Origin: Chiloscyllium plagiosum
Taxonomy: Eukaryota
NCBI RefSeq assembly: GCF_004010195.1
Contig: NC_057719.1
Span: forward strand, 70,668,692 to 70,732,691
Direction of reading: 5' to 3'
DNA length: 64,000 nucleotides
Positions 1 through 12,240 of this stretch are shown here, piece by piece. The notes below the pieces were generated by a model. It had not been told where the DNA came from and did no database searches. It saw only the letters and a program-made list of their open reading frames with translations. Position 1 is the stretch's first letter, and each line of letters opens with the position of its first letter. Position numbers and translations under genes: made by a program.

Positions 1-484
1 ATTGTTTTGCTTGGTCTCTGATATCTTCAGGGGCACATAAAGGTCATGGGCAGAGACTGATTGCTGCTCCTGCGTTACAGCGAGTGAAATGCTATCCAGA
101 GAAATTCCTGCTCATAGAATTTGGTGTTTTACTCACACATGCATATGTAATAAGCTCAGAATGATATAATCATGCAAAAAACTCAGACCCCTCTCCCTGG
201 CCCCGCCACAATCTGAAAGTCCCTCCAGTTTTTATGCCCCTCTCCACAGTTAGAAAGAAAGTTCTGCCCATACCTTTGACACGTTCACAGCAGTAGATCT
301 TGTTTTGATTCAAGAATTGTCTATATTTGATGTTCTAGCCTTTCTCCCTGTCCTGCATAGTTATTGTATTCAAACAGCGAGCTCAAAGTGTATGGCACTC
401 GCCTGGTCTCACATCATCAATAGTTCCACTCCAGCCATTTGCATGGCCTCAGGTTCAGAGGAAATTTTAAACAATTTATTTTGG

Positions 485-605
485 GCAAGTGGTCTTCACA
501 GGATGGGTCAGTGTTTATTGACCATCCTTACTTGTCCTTGAGAAGGTGGCTGTGAATGGCTGCAGTTCATTTAGAGTAGGTAAGCTTACAATGCTATTAG
601 GCTTG
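485..605 (-). mobile_element. 3' fragment of a shark CR1/L2-clade LINE (family also at 27140, 43500, 60350)
   Basis: 'gtttattgaccatccttacttgtccttgagaaggtgg' resembles the 3' terminal segment seen at 27170 and 43525. Confidence 0.45.
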
Positions 606-1294
606 CAGGTCTGTGCTTGATCTCAAATGCCAAGATCTTCTCAATGCTGATGGATCTTAATGGGGAAGGTGTTAGACGTCCAAGAAGAAAATATTGGTTT
701 CTTCTCTCACCCTATCACAATGGTTTTGTTTGAAGTGTTGAACATATTCATAAAGATACAGATACATAAAGACATCACAAGTTCATGGGTCATGTTGGAT
801 CGATAACAGAAGCTTTTCCTGCTGGTAAATCTGAGTGAATATTTGAGTGAGACTTGAAACCAAGGAGCTATGCCTTCCAGCAGAGTTATAGCTCCCAATA
901 AGGCTTCACTTTTTGCAAGCAGCTGTTTTAGACACAAATCCAAGCTGTAAAAGACCATAATCAGTCTGCTGTGAATCATTGCATGAATTTGTCTGATTTG
1001 TCCTTTGCCCTGTGGTACAGCATTTCTGAAAGGCATCCAGTTTTATATAAAATTGTCAATTATATCCAAAAGTGTGATAAAAATCTGGTCTTGCCCAGAA
1101 ATTGCTGCTGATGATTTTTGTGTGCTTTGCAGACCAGATTCAGTGGAGTTGTGCCAAAGTAGGTTATCTGAGGTATAACAGCTGCAAGACAGATGGGTTG
1201 ACTTCTTTTTCATCCTATCATTAACTTTCTCCTTTCCCAAAATACTACAACAGCAAGCCCATATCCAGCAATTTCTGTTTAAGTAACAGATTTA

Positions 1295-1530
1295 AAAGAC
1301 CTAATCATCTACATCCCAAAGTACTGAAGGAAATGACACCAGAAATAGTGGATGCACTAGTGATCACCTTTCAAGATTCTTCAGAAGTTCTTTAGAACGA
1401 GGAATTATAGACCAGTTAATCTGTCATTGGCAGTGAGGAAACTGCTTGAGACTATTATAAAAGATACAGTAAGACAGCACTTGGAACACAGTGTCTGATC
1501 AAACAGAGTCAGCATGGATTTCCAAAAGGA
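1295..1530 (+). mobile_element. CR1 LINE ORF2 fragment
   Basis: Encodes degenerate 'HPKVLKE..EIVDAL', 'NYRPV', 'QHGF' motifs of CR1 RT. Confidence 0.7.
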
Positions 1531-1535
1531 AGTTG

Positions 1536-1757
1536 AAACTTTATTGCTGGAACAGCACAGCAGGTCAGGCAGCATCCAGGGAACAGGAGATTCGATGTTT
1601 CGGGCACAGGCCCTTCTTCAGGAATGAGCAGAGAGTGTTCAGCAGGAGAAGATAAAAGGTAGGGAGGAGGGACTTGGAGGAGGGGCGTTGGAAATGTGAT
1701 AGGTGGAAAGAGGTCAAGGTGAGGGTGATAGGTCGGAGTAGGGTGGAGGCGGAGAGG
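1536..1757 (-). mobile_element. Penelope-like element terminal repeat (family A) with hammerhead motif
   Basis: Reverse complement contains attc-ctgaaga-agggc ctgt gccc-gaaa-catc-gaat; same repeat as the 3' end of the GIY-YIG element at 23065-23722. Confidence 0.8.
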
Positions 1758-1938
1758 GCAAGAAGAAGACTGCAGGCTTTGGAGAGTCAGGAGAAGAGTC
1801 ACTCATTGCAGGATTTCCAACATCTGACTTGGTCTTGTATCCATGTATTTATGTGACTAGCCCATTTCAGTTTCTGTTCAATGGTAACCTCCAGGTTATC
1901 AGTCAATACTGAGGAATTCAGTTCTGCTAATGGCATTG
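1758..1938 (-). mobile_element. CR1/L2-clade LINE fragment
   Basis: 'LEVTIEQKLKWASHINT' matches 'DQKPNWTHHINT' of the copy at 60485. Confidence 0.55.
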
Positions 1939-1939
1939 A

Positions 1940-1965
1940 NNNNNNNNNNNNNNNNNNNNNNNNNN
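1940..1965. other. Assembly gap (N run)
   Basis: Ns in sequence. Confidence 0.99.
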
Positions 1966-2182
1966 GTGTTGCACCTCCTGCGGTTGCAAGGGAAGGTGCC
2001 GGGAGTGGAGGTTGGGTCGGTGGGGGGTGTGGATCTGACAAGGGAGTCGCGGAGGGAGTGGTCTCTACGGAAAGCTGATAGGGGAGGGGAGGGAAATATA
2101 TCCTTGGTGCTGGGGTCTCCAAGGATATATTTCACCTCCAAACAGACCCCAGCACCAAGGATATATTTCCCTCCCCTCCCCT
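1966..2182 (-). mobile_element. Penelope-like ORF fragment ending in a short inverted repeat
   Basis: 'DIFPSPPLSAFRRDHSLRDSLVRS..PGTFPCNRRRC' is nearly identical to the PLE ORF at 23027; 2082-2118 is inverted at 2143-2181. Confidence 0.85.
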
Positions 2183-3749
2183 CATCTATAAATCACAGCA
2201 TTGAGCATGTGAACTACATACAGTGTATAATCCTGGTCATTGACCATGCTGTTGATCATTACGGATTGAAGATAGTCATCTTTGTGAAGGAATCACAGGC
2301 AACATAAAAAAAATGACATCTGAAGACCACAAAGGACACAGACAATCTAAGATCTCAAAGATTGCACAGGGCATAAAACTATTCTCTCATAGCTTAAATT
2401 GTAAGTATTCCTCGGTACCCTCTTGCACGCAATGATTGGGTGATGTCAACTGGAAAGACAAACACTCCCTATTGATCCAACACTTAAAATCTCCTACTGT
2501 CTATATGTAACTTGACTTGTGTATTCATTAGAATAAGGACCAATGTCAAAGTACCATGCAGAAGTATTCCATGGCCCTCCTTGGTAGAGTACCTCACATC
2601 CCACTGTATGGAGGAGTATCTTAACCATCATTTTGTGTGATGTGAGTGCTGATTGCTCACATTGCTAAGGGCCTGATCTCTTATGTGGCCCAAACAGGAC
2701 TGATGCAAGCATGACTGATGGAGCGAGTCACAGCAGAAGTTACCATCACGATTGCTGCCATGCAACAAAGGGACAAGAAATGGAAGAGGAACAGATGAAT
2801 CAGTAGCAGGAGCAATGGGAAGTCCAGTGGATGCCAAACATCCTCCACATGAAGTGGTCATAGCTGAAGGTCACTTCAGGATGCCCAGAAAGTAGAGTAG
2901 GACCAAGTATCTTCCATCATCGATACCGTTTCCTCCAGATGAGCGGTGTTTCTGCAGGCTGAGGTCTTCCCAACACTCTCACAGAACTGTGCTAGGTGCT
3001 GAAGCAGGACCTATAACATGTAATGGAGTGGGTGACAATCCTGTCCTAGGGCCAGCAAAATGATAGCTGCATTGAGTCTTTACACAATTGGTTCCTTCCA
3101 AGAAGTCTATGTGGGCCTTTGAGGGTTGAGGAGAGATCACACAAATGTATCAAGGATATTACTGCTGCAATTTGTACTAGTTTACACTGCTCTATCCCAA
3201 TACTTTGTGATGAGGTCAGTGCTGGAGTCTGGGCAGGTTGTTTTGCCATGATAGTTGGCTTTCCCAGATGCAGAGCACTATAGATCGCACATACATTACT
3301 TTGACAGCAAACATATACTAAGCTTCTGGGTTCATCAATCCTTGAATGAGGATCTATTTCATCATGCACATGTCATCAGTGATCATTGGTACCACAGGTA
3401 CCTTGGCAGCTATCCTGATGCCTGTATCCTTGATATCCTTTTTGTTCTTGCTATATTTCAGGAACCAGTTGCCTTACAAAGATGGTTACTGGAGGATGAG
3501 GACTACTTTCTAAACTATGCTTGTTGACTCGATTAAGTTTCCCCTGACTGAGATGCAAACCATTCTTTGAGCAGGCAATAGGCCTCCTGAAGATGAGGTG
3601 CTGCTGATTTTGGACATTTGGGCACCTTGCACTATGTCCCAGTCAAAGTTTACTCCATAATAGTAGCATGCTGTGCTTAGCACAGTGGAAGTAGGTGATG
3701 TGATGGACTCTGAAGAGCTGGAAGAGCATGAGCTGTCTTCCAGAGAGGA

Positions 3750-3926
3750 CAAAGTCAGAAGTCACATGACACTGGGTTGTAGTCCAATGGGTTTATTTGA
3801 AACAGCAAGCTTTCAAACCCCTGCTCCTTCCTCAAGCCTGAGAAAAAAACCTGTTGGACTATAACCTGGTGCTGTGTGATTTTCAACTTTGTCCATCCCA
3901 GTCCAACACCGGCAACTCCACATCAT
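3750..3926. mobile_element. Short fold-back PLE-derived insertion (family B)
   Basis: Inverted arms (aaagtcagaagtcacatgacactgggttgtagtccaa / ttggactataacctggtgctgtgtgattttcaacttt); flanked by tt(c/t)cagagagga duplication; homologous to 59248-59340. Confidence 0.7.
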
Positions 3927-4734
3927 TTCAGAGAGGAGTATAAGGATAATGAGCAATAGCACAGCCATGTCGGGTGCTGTAAGCCACACAGGACTTAATT
4001 GACACGGTTCCAGTAAATGGGAGCTAGGTGCAGTGCTTGTTCATTGACTGTATGTTTTTGGAGCTTAAAAGGTAAGCAGTCTGTTTCTGTTCTGGGAGAC
4101 AAATGCAGCTTCTGATTGTTCACTTGTTTTATGTTGGCTTCTGCTGTTGGTGAATAAAATTGTATGCTTTGAAGCATTTGAAGCCACAGTGAAGAGCAAC
4201 AATAGATTGCTAATGTTTTGACTAGATGCTTGCTGTCTTCATTTGTGGATTCCAATTCATATACTGCATCACAAAGACAAAGGACATCTTCCAGGCTATG
4301 AAGTGTTAATACCCATCTCCTGATACCATCCAAAAGATCTGGCTGACTTGAATGAGTGTATTCAGACAAAATCCAATGATTATCTCAGAGCCCCAGGGTG
4401 AATGCCTGCACACAAAGATCCAAGCTGTGGTTAATTAACAAAGTCCATAACACTATTTGGAAGGGATTTATGAAGATAATAAGGCAGCAATCCTCTTTAA
4501 ATGTTGGCTAAACAATATAGAATAGCAATTGTAGAATCAACAGCAGCAGAAAGGGCAGCAATATTTGCATATTTAAAAACTGAGACTGCCACAAATTAAT
4601 ATCTGTGAACCTGTTACAGTACTGGTACAAAAGAAAACACCCTAGTAAAGAAACTACAAATAACAAACTTTGTGTCCTATATCCAACTCTTCAAGGGAAT
4701 CCTGCAACAATGCCATGAAGAAATTTAAAAATTA

Positions 4735-5560
4735 CAAAAGAATTTACAAATGAATGTGGATAGGTTGGCTGAATGGGCCAAAACTTGGCAGTTGAAGTTT
4801 AACATGGATAATTATGAGGTTATCCATTTTGTTCAGTTATTATCTAACTGGAATGAAACATCACAGTGCTTCGGTGCAGAGGCATCAGGGTCTCCTCATG
4901 CGTGAATCACAGAAACCTCGTCTGTAGGTACAGCAAGTTGGAAGAAAATGAAATTTTGGCATTCATTGTGAAAGGAATAGAGTGTAAAAGTATGGAAGTG
5001 TTGCTGCAACTATACGAAGTATTAGTGAGACTACACCTGGAGAACTACATCTGGATAACTCCATAAGGAAGGATGGAATTGGAAGCAGTTCAGGGATGTT
5101 TCACTCAATTGATTCCAGAGACAAGGGGTTTGTCTTAGATTAAGTAGTTTAGTTTTCTCCTCTCTAGACTTCAGAAGAATGAGAGGAGATCTAATTAATA
5201 TTGATAAGATATTGAATGGCATTGACAAAGTAAACTTAATGCAGATAATTCCCCTTATGGAACAATCTAAAACAAGAGATCATTAGTTTTAGCATGAGGG
5301 ATAGCTAACAAATTTAAATTAGAGATGAGGAGGAATTACTTCTCTCAAAGGGTCAAGAATTCATTACCCCAGAGTGCGGTGAATGCTGGGACACTGGGTA
5401 CATTTAAGGAAAGGATTGATATATTTTTAATTAGAAATGGGTTGAAGGCTAATGAAAAGCAGGCAGGAGAGTGAAGTTGAGGCTGAGATGAGATGAGTTG
5501 TGATCTGGAGCAGACCAGAAGAGCTGAATTGCCTACTCCTGTTCCAAGTTTGTATGCTTT
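4735..5560 (+). mobile_element. Decayed CR1 LINE 3' portion
   Basis: 'LAFIVKGIECKSMEVLLQLYEVLVRLHLE' and a CR1 3' UTR ending in tgtatg. Confidence 0.8.
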
Positions 5561-7185
5561 TATATTCTAATGCTGTTATACAACTTCTACCATTGAATCC
5601 ACCTAGACTGCCCTTCATGAGTGAAAGCTTGTTCTTCACTGAGTCTGCAATGCATGACCAAACACTCAGGGTTAATAAATATATTCATATCCATATTAAA
5701 AATATATTGTTAGTAGACAGCAAGTGACGAGCTTAGTGGTCTCAGTTCTCTCTCATCTCTATCCATAATGAAAAAGCTGTCAGCCTCTGAGGTAGGAAAC
5801 TGCACCTCACCTGAATCTGACCAGGTAAATATCTGAGTGGCAGGAAATTAGGTCATGGCCATTTGAAACAGCCCATGATGAGACTGTTCTGCAGCATTGT
5901 GCCCAAGGTATTCATTTAACACATCTGTCATTTTCACAGGATCTTCGCACTATCCATTTCAGCCTTACTTATAGTCATTTTGCATATGCTCATATTTCTC
6001 CTTATCAATTCCTTTCTCTTATTATGTTGAAAAAATTGCTATTAGTTTTGAAATATTTACAAATATTTTTGTATACCTCCTTTCACTTCTCACTGTATTT
6101 TCACTGTATCCTCTTTTTTATAGGTTTCCCAGTCTGTTTGGGTTACCAGTTTAAATAATTTAGTTGAATTAATTGGAGTCTATTTGTTTCTTATCTCCTC
6201 AAAGTTTGCCTTAAGATTAAAAGCTTGGCTTGAGTTTCCCCTCTCTCAAATCGAACGGCAAATTCAATCATATCATGGGCACTGTTTGAAAGATGCTCCC
6301 TTACTGTCAAATTATTAACTTAACCTAATTAATAATATGTGATGACATAAACTGGCAAAAGTTAATCTCAGTACATGTACCAGAACTAGCTGTAAATCAT
6401 CAAAAGCATTTTGGGCAAATAAAACAGAAGAAAAGTGGCTCCAATTTAATGAATGACATGAGATATCTGACATTAAAAGGTCTCTCAACAGAAAGCCTGC
6501 ATGGACTTTGAATGCCTTGTCGATGTATCTTTCTGTGTATGCTACATTTTTAATTGGGTACAATTCTGTTTATCTACAGCTAATAACATTCTGGATATGC
6601 ATTCGTTTTCTAGTCAATTAAGAAATAATCACAATTCTGAATGTTGCAATAACATTTCCTTACTTCACATAGAGCAAATTTGCTTCTTAATCTACTTCAA
6701 CATTTCAATATATGGACATTCACTTCGCCAAATCTAAAGTCATTACGGAAATACCATACCAGCAAACAAAACATGAGACAACATCAATTGTCAACTTCTA
6801 AGCATCAACTGAAAGTTTCCAATCCATTGCAAACAGCTACCACTTAACTAATTAACATGGCTCAGGATCAACACCATGATCACTTGCTGTTCTGAGTATT
6901 GTGAAAAGGCACAGACACCGAAGTGAGAATATGAATAAAGCGTATCCTGTGGGAATACTGTTGCTTTTAATCAAATGTTAATTAATAAATTGCGCATAAT
7001 AACAGGCAGAACTGTACAAAACATGGCTTTGAATTTGACCAGATTATGCTTCTTGCTGTTTTTATTTCCAATTTTGTGTTGTATACTTTTTAATTAGCCA
7101 ATGACAACATTTCTCTGTCCTTCATTATGTCTCTCTCTAATTTTGTTCTGAATCCTGCTATTTTCTGGACAAACACTGCAATCTT

Positions 7186-8654
7186 TGTAAGGTTGTATTA
7201 CAGACCCCCTAATAGTCAGAGGGAAATTGAGAAACAAACTTGTAAGGAGATCTCAGTTATCTGTAAGAATAATACGGTGGTTATGGTAGGGGATTTTAAC
7301 TTTCCAAACATTGACTGGAACTGCCATAGTGTTAAGGGTTTAGATGGAGAGGAATTTGTTAAGGTGTACAAAAAAATTTTCTGATTCAGTATGTGGATGT
7401 ACCTACTAGAGAAGGTGCAAATCTTGACCTACTCTTGGGAAATAAGGCAGGGCAGGTGACTGAGGTGTCAGTGGGGGAGCATTTTGGGGTCAGTGACCAT
7501 AATTCTATTCGTTTTGAAATAGTAATGGAAAAGGATAGACCATATCTAAAAGTTGAAGTTCTAAATTGGAGAAAGGCCAATTTTGACAGTATTAGGCAAC
7601 AATATTCAAAAGCTGATTGGGGGCAGATGTTTGCAGGTAAAGGGACGGCTGGAAAATGGAAAGCCTTCAGAAATGAGTTAATGAGGTTCCAGAGAAAGTA
7701 CATTCTTGTTAGGGTGAAAGGAAAGGCTGGTAGGTATAGGGAATGCTGGATGACTAAAGAAATTGAGGGCTTGATTAAGAAAAATAAGGAAGCATATGTA
7801 AGGTATAGACAGGACAGATCGAGTGAATCCTTCGAAGAGTATAAAGGAAGTAGGAGTATACTTAAGAGGGAAATCAGGAGGGCAAAAAGGGGACATGAGG
7901 TAGTTTGGCAAATAGAATTAAGGAGAATCCAAAGAGTTTTTACAAATACATTAAGGAAAAAAAGGTAACTAGGGAGAGAATAGGGCTCCTCAAAGATCAG
8001 CAAGGTGGTCTTTGTGTGGAACCACAGAAAATGGGGGAGATACTAAACGAGTATTTGGCATCAGTATTTACTGTGGAAAATGTAATGGAAGATATAGACT
8101 GTAGGGAAATAGATGGTGACATCTTGCAAAATGTCCATATTACAGAGGAGGAAGTGCTGGGTGTCTTGAAATGGGTAAAGGTGGATAAATCCCCAGGATC
8201 TGATCAGGTGTACCTTAGAAAACTGTGGGAAGCTAGAGAAGTGATTGCTGGGCCTCTTGTTAAGATATTTGTATCATTGATAGTCACAGGCGAGGTGCCG
8301 GAAAACTGGAGGTTAGCTAACGTGGTGCCACTGTATAAGAAGGGTGGTAAGGACAAGCCAGGGAAGTATAGACCAGGAGCCTGACGTTGGTGGTGGGAAA
8401 GTTGTTGGAGGGAATCCTGAGGGACAGGATGTACATGTATTTGGAAAAGGCAAGGACTGATTAGGAATAGTCAACATGGTTTTGTGCATGGGAAATCACG
8501 TCTCACAAACTTGATTGAGTTTTTTGAGGAAGTGACAAAGAGGATTGATGAGGGCAGAGTGGTAGATGTGATCTATATGGACTTCAGTAAGGTGTTCAAC
8601 AAGGTTCCCCATGGGAGACTGATTAGCAAGGTTAGATCTCACGGAATACAGGGA
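7186..8654 (+). mobile_element. CR1 (HER1-type) LINE ORF2 fragment, copy 1: endonuclease end to start of RT
   Basis: 'YYRPPNS', 'GDFNFPNIDW', 'LDLLL', 'SDHN', 'KSPGSD', 'YRP', 'QHGF' motifs with frameshifts. Confidence 0.95.
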
Positions 8655-11036
8655 TGACTGGAACTGCCATAGTGTTAAGGGTTTAGATGGAGAGGAATTT
8701 GTTAAGGTGTACAAAAAAATTTTCTGATTCAGTATGTGGATGTACCTACTAGAGAAGGTGCAAATCTTGACCTACTCTTGGGAAATAAGGCAGGGCAGGT
8801 GACTGAGGTGTCAGTGGGGGAGCATTTTGGGGTCAGTGACCATAATTCTATTCGTTTTGAAATAGTAATGGAAAAGGATAGACCATATCTAAAAGTTGAA
8901 GTTCTAAATTGGAGAAAGGCCAATTTTGACAGTATTAGGCAACAATATTCAAAAGCTGATTGGGGGCAGATGTTTGCAGGTAAAGGGACGGCTGGAAAAT
9001 GGAAAGCCTTCAGAAATGAGATAACGAGAGTCCAGAGAAAGTATATTCCTGTTAGGGTGAAAGGAAAAGCTGGTAGGTATAAGGAATGCTGGATGACTAA
9101 AGAAATTGAGAGTTTGGTTAAGAAAAAGACAGATGCATAAGTCAAGTATAGACAGGATAGATCGAGTGAATCTGTGGAAGAGTATAAAGGCAGTAGAAGT
9201 ATACTTAAGAGAGAAATCAGGATAGCTTTGGCAAATAGAGTTAAGGAGAATCCAAAGGGTTTTTATAAATACATTAAGGACAAAAAGGTAACTAGAGAGA
9301 GAATAGGGCCTCTCAAAGATCAGCAAAGCGGCCTTTGTAAGGAGCTGCAGGAGATACTAAATGAGTATTTTGCATCTGTATTTTCTGTGGAAAAGGACAT
9401 GGAAGATATAGAATGTAGGGAAATAGATGGTGACAGCAGGAAAAATGTCCAGATTACAGAAGAGGAAGTGCTGGATGTCTTGAAATGCATAAAAGTGGAT
9501 AAATCCCCAGGACCTGATCAGGGGTACCCTAGAACTCTGTGGAAAGCTAATGAAGTGATTGTTGGGCCTCTTGCTGAGATATTTGTATCATCGGTAGTCA
9601 CAGGTGAGGTTCCAGAGGACTGCAGGTTAGCTAACATGGTGCCACTGTTAAGAAGGGTGGTAAGGACAAGTCAGGGAATTATAGGCCAGTGAGCCTGATG
9701 TTAGTGGTGGGCAAGTTGTTGGAGGGAATCCTGAGGGACAGGATGTACGTGTATTTGGAAATGCAAGGTCTGATTAGGGATAATTAACATGGCTTTGTGT
9801 GTGGGAAATCATGTCTCACAAACTTGATTGAGTTTTTTGAAGAAGTAACAAAGAGGGTTGATGAGGGCAGGGCAGTAGACGTGATCTATATGGACTTCAG
9901 TAAGGCATTCGACAAGGTTCCCCATGGGAGACTGGTTAGCAAGGTTAGATCTCATGAAATACAGGCAGAACTAGCCATTTGGATACAGAACTGGCTCAAA
10001 GATAGAAGACAGAGGGTGGTGGTGGTGGGTTGTTTTTTAGACTGGAGGCCTGTGACCAGTGGAGAACCACAAGGATCAGTGTTGGGTTCACTACATTTCA
10101 TCATTTATTTAAACGATTTGGATGTGAGCAAAAGAGGTAAGTTTGCTGATGATACCAAAATTGGAGGTGTAGTGGACAGCGAAGAAGGTTATCTCAGATT
10201 ACAACGGGATCTTAATCAGATGGGCCAATGGACTGAGAAGTGGCAGATGGAGTTTAATTCAGATAAATGTGAGGTGCTGCATTTTGGGAAAACAAATCTT
10301 ATCCACTTAATGTTAAGGTCCTCGCGAGTATTGCTGAACAAAGAGACCTTGGAATGCAGGTTCATACCTCCTTGAAAGTAGAGTCACAGGTAGATAGGAT
10401 AGTGAAGAAGGCATTTGGTATGCTTTCCTTTATTGGTCAGAATATTGAGTACAGGAGTTGGGAAGTCATGTTGCAGCTGTACAAGACATTGGTCAGGCCA
10501 CTATTGGAATATTGTGTGCAATTCTGGTCTCCTTTCTATCGGAAAGATGTTATGAAACCTGAAAGGGTTCAGAAAAGATTTCCAAGGATGTTGCCAGGGT
10601 TGAAGGATTTGAGCTGTAGGGAGAGGTTAACTAGGCTAGGACTGCTTTCCCTGGAGCGTCGGAGGCTGCGGGGTGACCTTATAGAGGTTTATAAAATCAT
10701 GAGGGGTATGGATAGGATAAATAGACAAAGTCTTTTCCCTGGGGTCGGGGAGTCCAGAACTAGAGAGCATAGGTTTAGGGTGAGAGGGGAAAGATATAAA
10801 AGAGACCTAAGGGGCAACCTTTTCACACAGAGGGTGGTACATGTATGGAATGAGCTGCCAGAGGAAGTGATTGAGGCTAGTACAATTGCAACATTGAAAA
10901 GGATGGGTGTATGGATAGGAAGGGTATATGCTAGGTGCTGGCAGGTAGGACTAGATTTGGTTGGGATATCTGTTCGGCATGGACGAGTTGGACCGAAGGA
11001 TCTGTTTCTGTGCTGTGCACCTCTATGACTCTATGT
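8655..11036 (+). mobile_element. CR1 (HER1-type) LINE ORF2, copy 2, through RT and 3' tail
   Basis: 'DFSKAFDKVPH', 'PQGSVLG', 'KFADDTK', 'LVRPLLEYCVQFWSP'; ends in (ctctatga)n tail; frameshifted. Confidence 0.97.
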
Positions 11037-11409
11037 TAGTTGAAGTTCAAGTTATTGTTTAGGATTTTGCCTGCAGGCTTCTGAACGTCATTATTAGGCA
11101 AGTAAGGGACAGAAGCTTGTACTGTGTTGAACCATCACTCACTTGTGTATTTTCTTAAATTGACTAATTAATAGATGTTCAGTAGGGTCAGTGTCCAATC
11201 AAGAGTGGTGGATGGATATTTGAAGCTGGGAGGACAATAGGAAGCCATCCAGTGTGGAAACCGTAGCAGAACACTATGATGGGTAAGTGGGGAATGGTTA
11301 CCCCTGCTGTAGCTTCCTTCATCCATGCCACCATTTAGTCTTGAGGAAAATGCAGCGAGGAGAAGATAGAGCTGGGATATTCAACACCCAAGTGCCTGAT
11401 TTTGTTTCA

Positions 11410-11570
11410 GGTGAGGCTGAAGAGTTCAGGAAACCCGAGTTTGAATTCAATAAAAATCTGGAATTAAGTCTCATGATAACTATGAAACATTTGGCAATTT
11501 TCAGGAAAAAATACATCTGGTCCACTAACAAAACTTAAGGAAGGAAACTGCTGTTCTGGTCTATCTGGCC
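11410..11570 (+). mobile_element. Old shark SINE body fragment (related pieces at 29295-29665 and 52785-52945)
   Basis: 'tttgaattcaataaaaatctggaatt...catctggtccactaa...ggaaggaaa' recurs degenerate elsewhere in the window. Confidence 0.5.
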
Positions 11571-12006
11571 TCTAATTCCATCAAGTAAACACCTGGAGAC
11601 TTCATATGAAAAGAGCTTCAACTCTGGGATCATTCTTGTTGACCTCCTCTGAACCTCCTCCAACGCCAGCATATTCTTCCTTAGATATGGGGCGCAAAAT
11701 TAGAGTAATCCACCCAGACCCATTCCACTACCCTGTATTTTGCCTAATTCACCTAACCTACACACCCCTGAACACTTTAGCATGGCCAATTCACCGAACC
11801 TGCACATCTTTGGATTGTGGGAGGAAACTAGAGCACCCAGAGGAAACCTATGCAGACATGGGGAGAATATGCAAACTCTACACACCCCTGAACACTTTAG
11901 CATGGCCAATTCACCGAACCTGCACATCTTTGGATTGTGGGAGGAAACTAGAGCACCCAGAGGAAACCTATGCAGACATGGGGAGAATATGCAAACTCCA
12001 CACAGA
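11571..12006 (-). repeat. Local duplicate of the CR1/HE1 junction at 13596-13912, with an internal exact 120-bp tandem repeat
   Basis: Direct sequence comparison; ORFs 11606 and 13632 begin identically; lines 11761 and 11881 are identical. Confidence 0.9.
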
Positions 12007-12139
12007 CCCACAGCAATGTGTTTGACTCTCACCTGCCCTCTGGGCAATTCGGAATGGTCAGAAAATACTGCCCCAGCAGCAACATACACATCCTGAGAAT
12101 GAATTTTGAAAAACGCAGGCCACATGTTGTCTATTATAG

Positions 12140-12240
12140 GATAAAAACAATGACTGCAGATGCTGGAAACTAGATTCTGGATTAGTGGTGCTGGAAGAGC
12201 ACAGCAGTTCAGGCAGCATTCGAGGAGCAGTAAAATCAAA
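12140..12240 (-). mobile_element. PLE family A terminal-repeat fragment
   Basis: 'actgcagatgctggaaac...gctggaagagcacagcagttcaggcagcat'. Confidence 0.7.

Larger units (their letters stand above)
620..4400 (-). mobile_element. Highly decayed tyrosine-recombinase retrotransposon (Ngaro/DIRS-like), interrupted by younger insertions
   Basis: Collinear degenerate minus-strand motifs: gag-like (3995-4369), RT-like 'LGKPTIMAK', 'VIGPAS', 'KILGPT/YFLGI' (2870-3370), RNase H-like 'AIFEI..LW' (about 2320-2375), YR N-terminus-like 'LLAKS..LLEGIAP..KSFC' (707-1036). Recognised by eye only. Confidence 0.4.

Noticed and set aside
7393..11028. Functional reverse transcriptase gene
   Set aside because: Multiple frameshifts, stops and deletions; 5'-truncated CR1 copies
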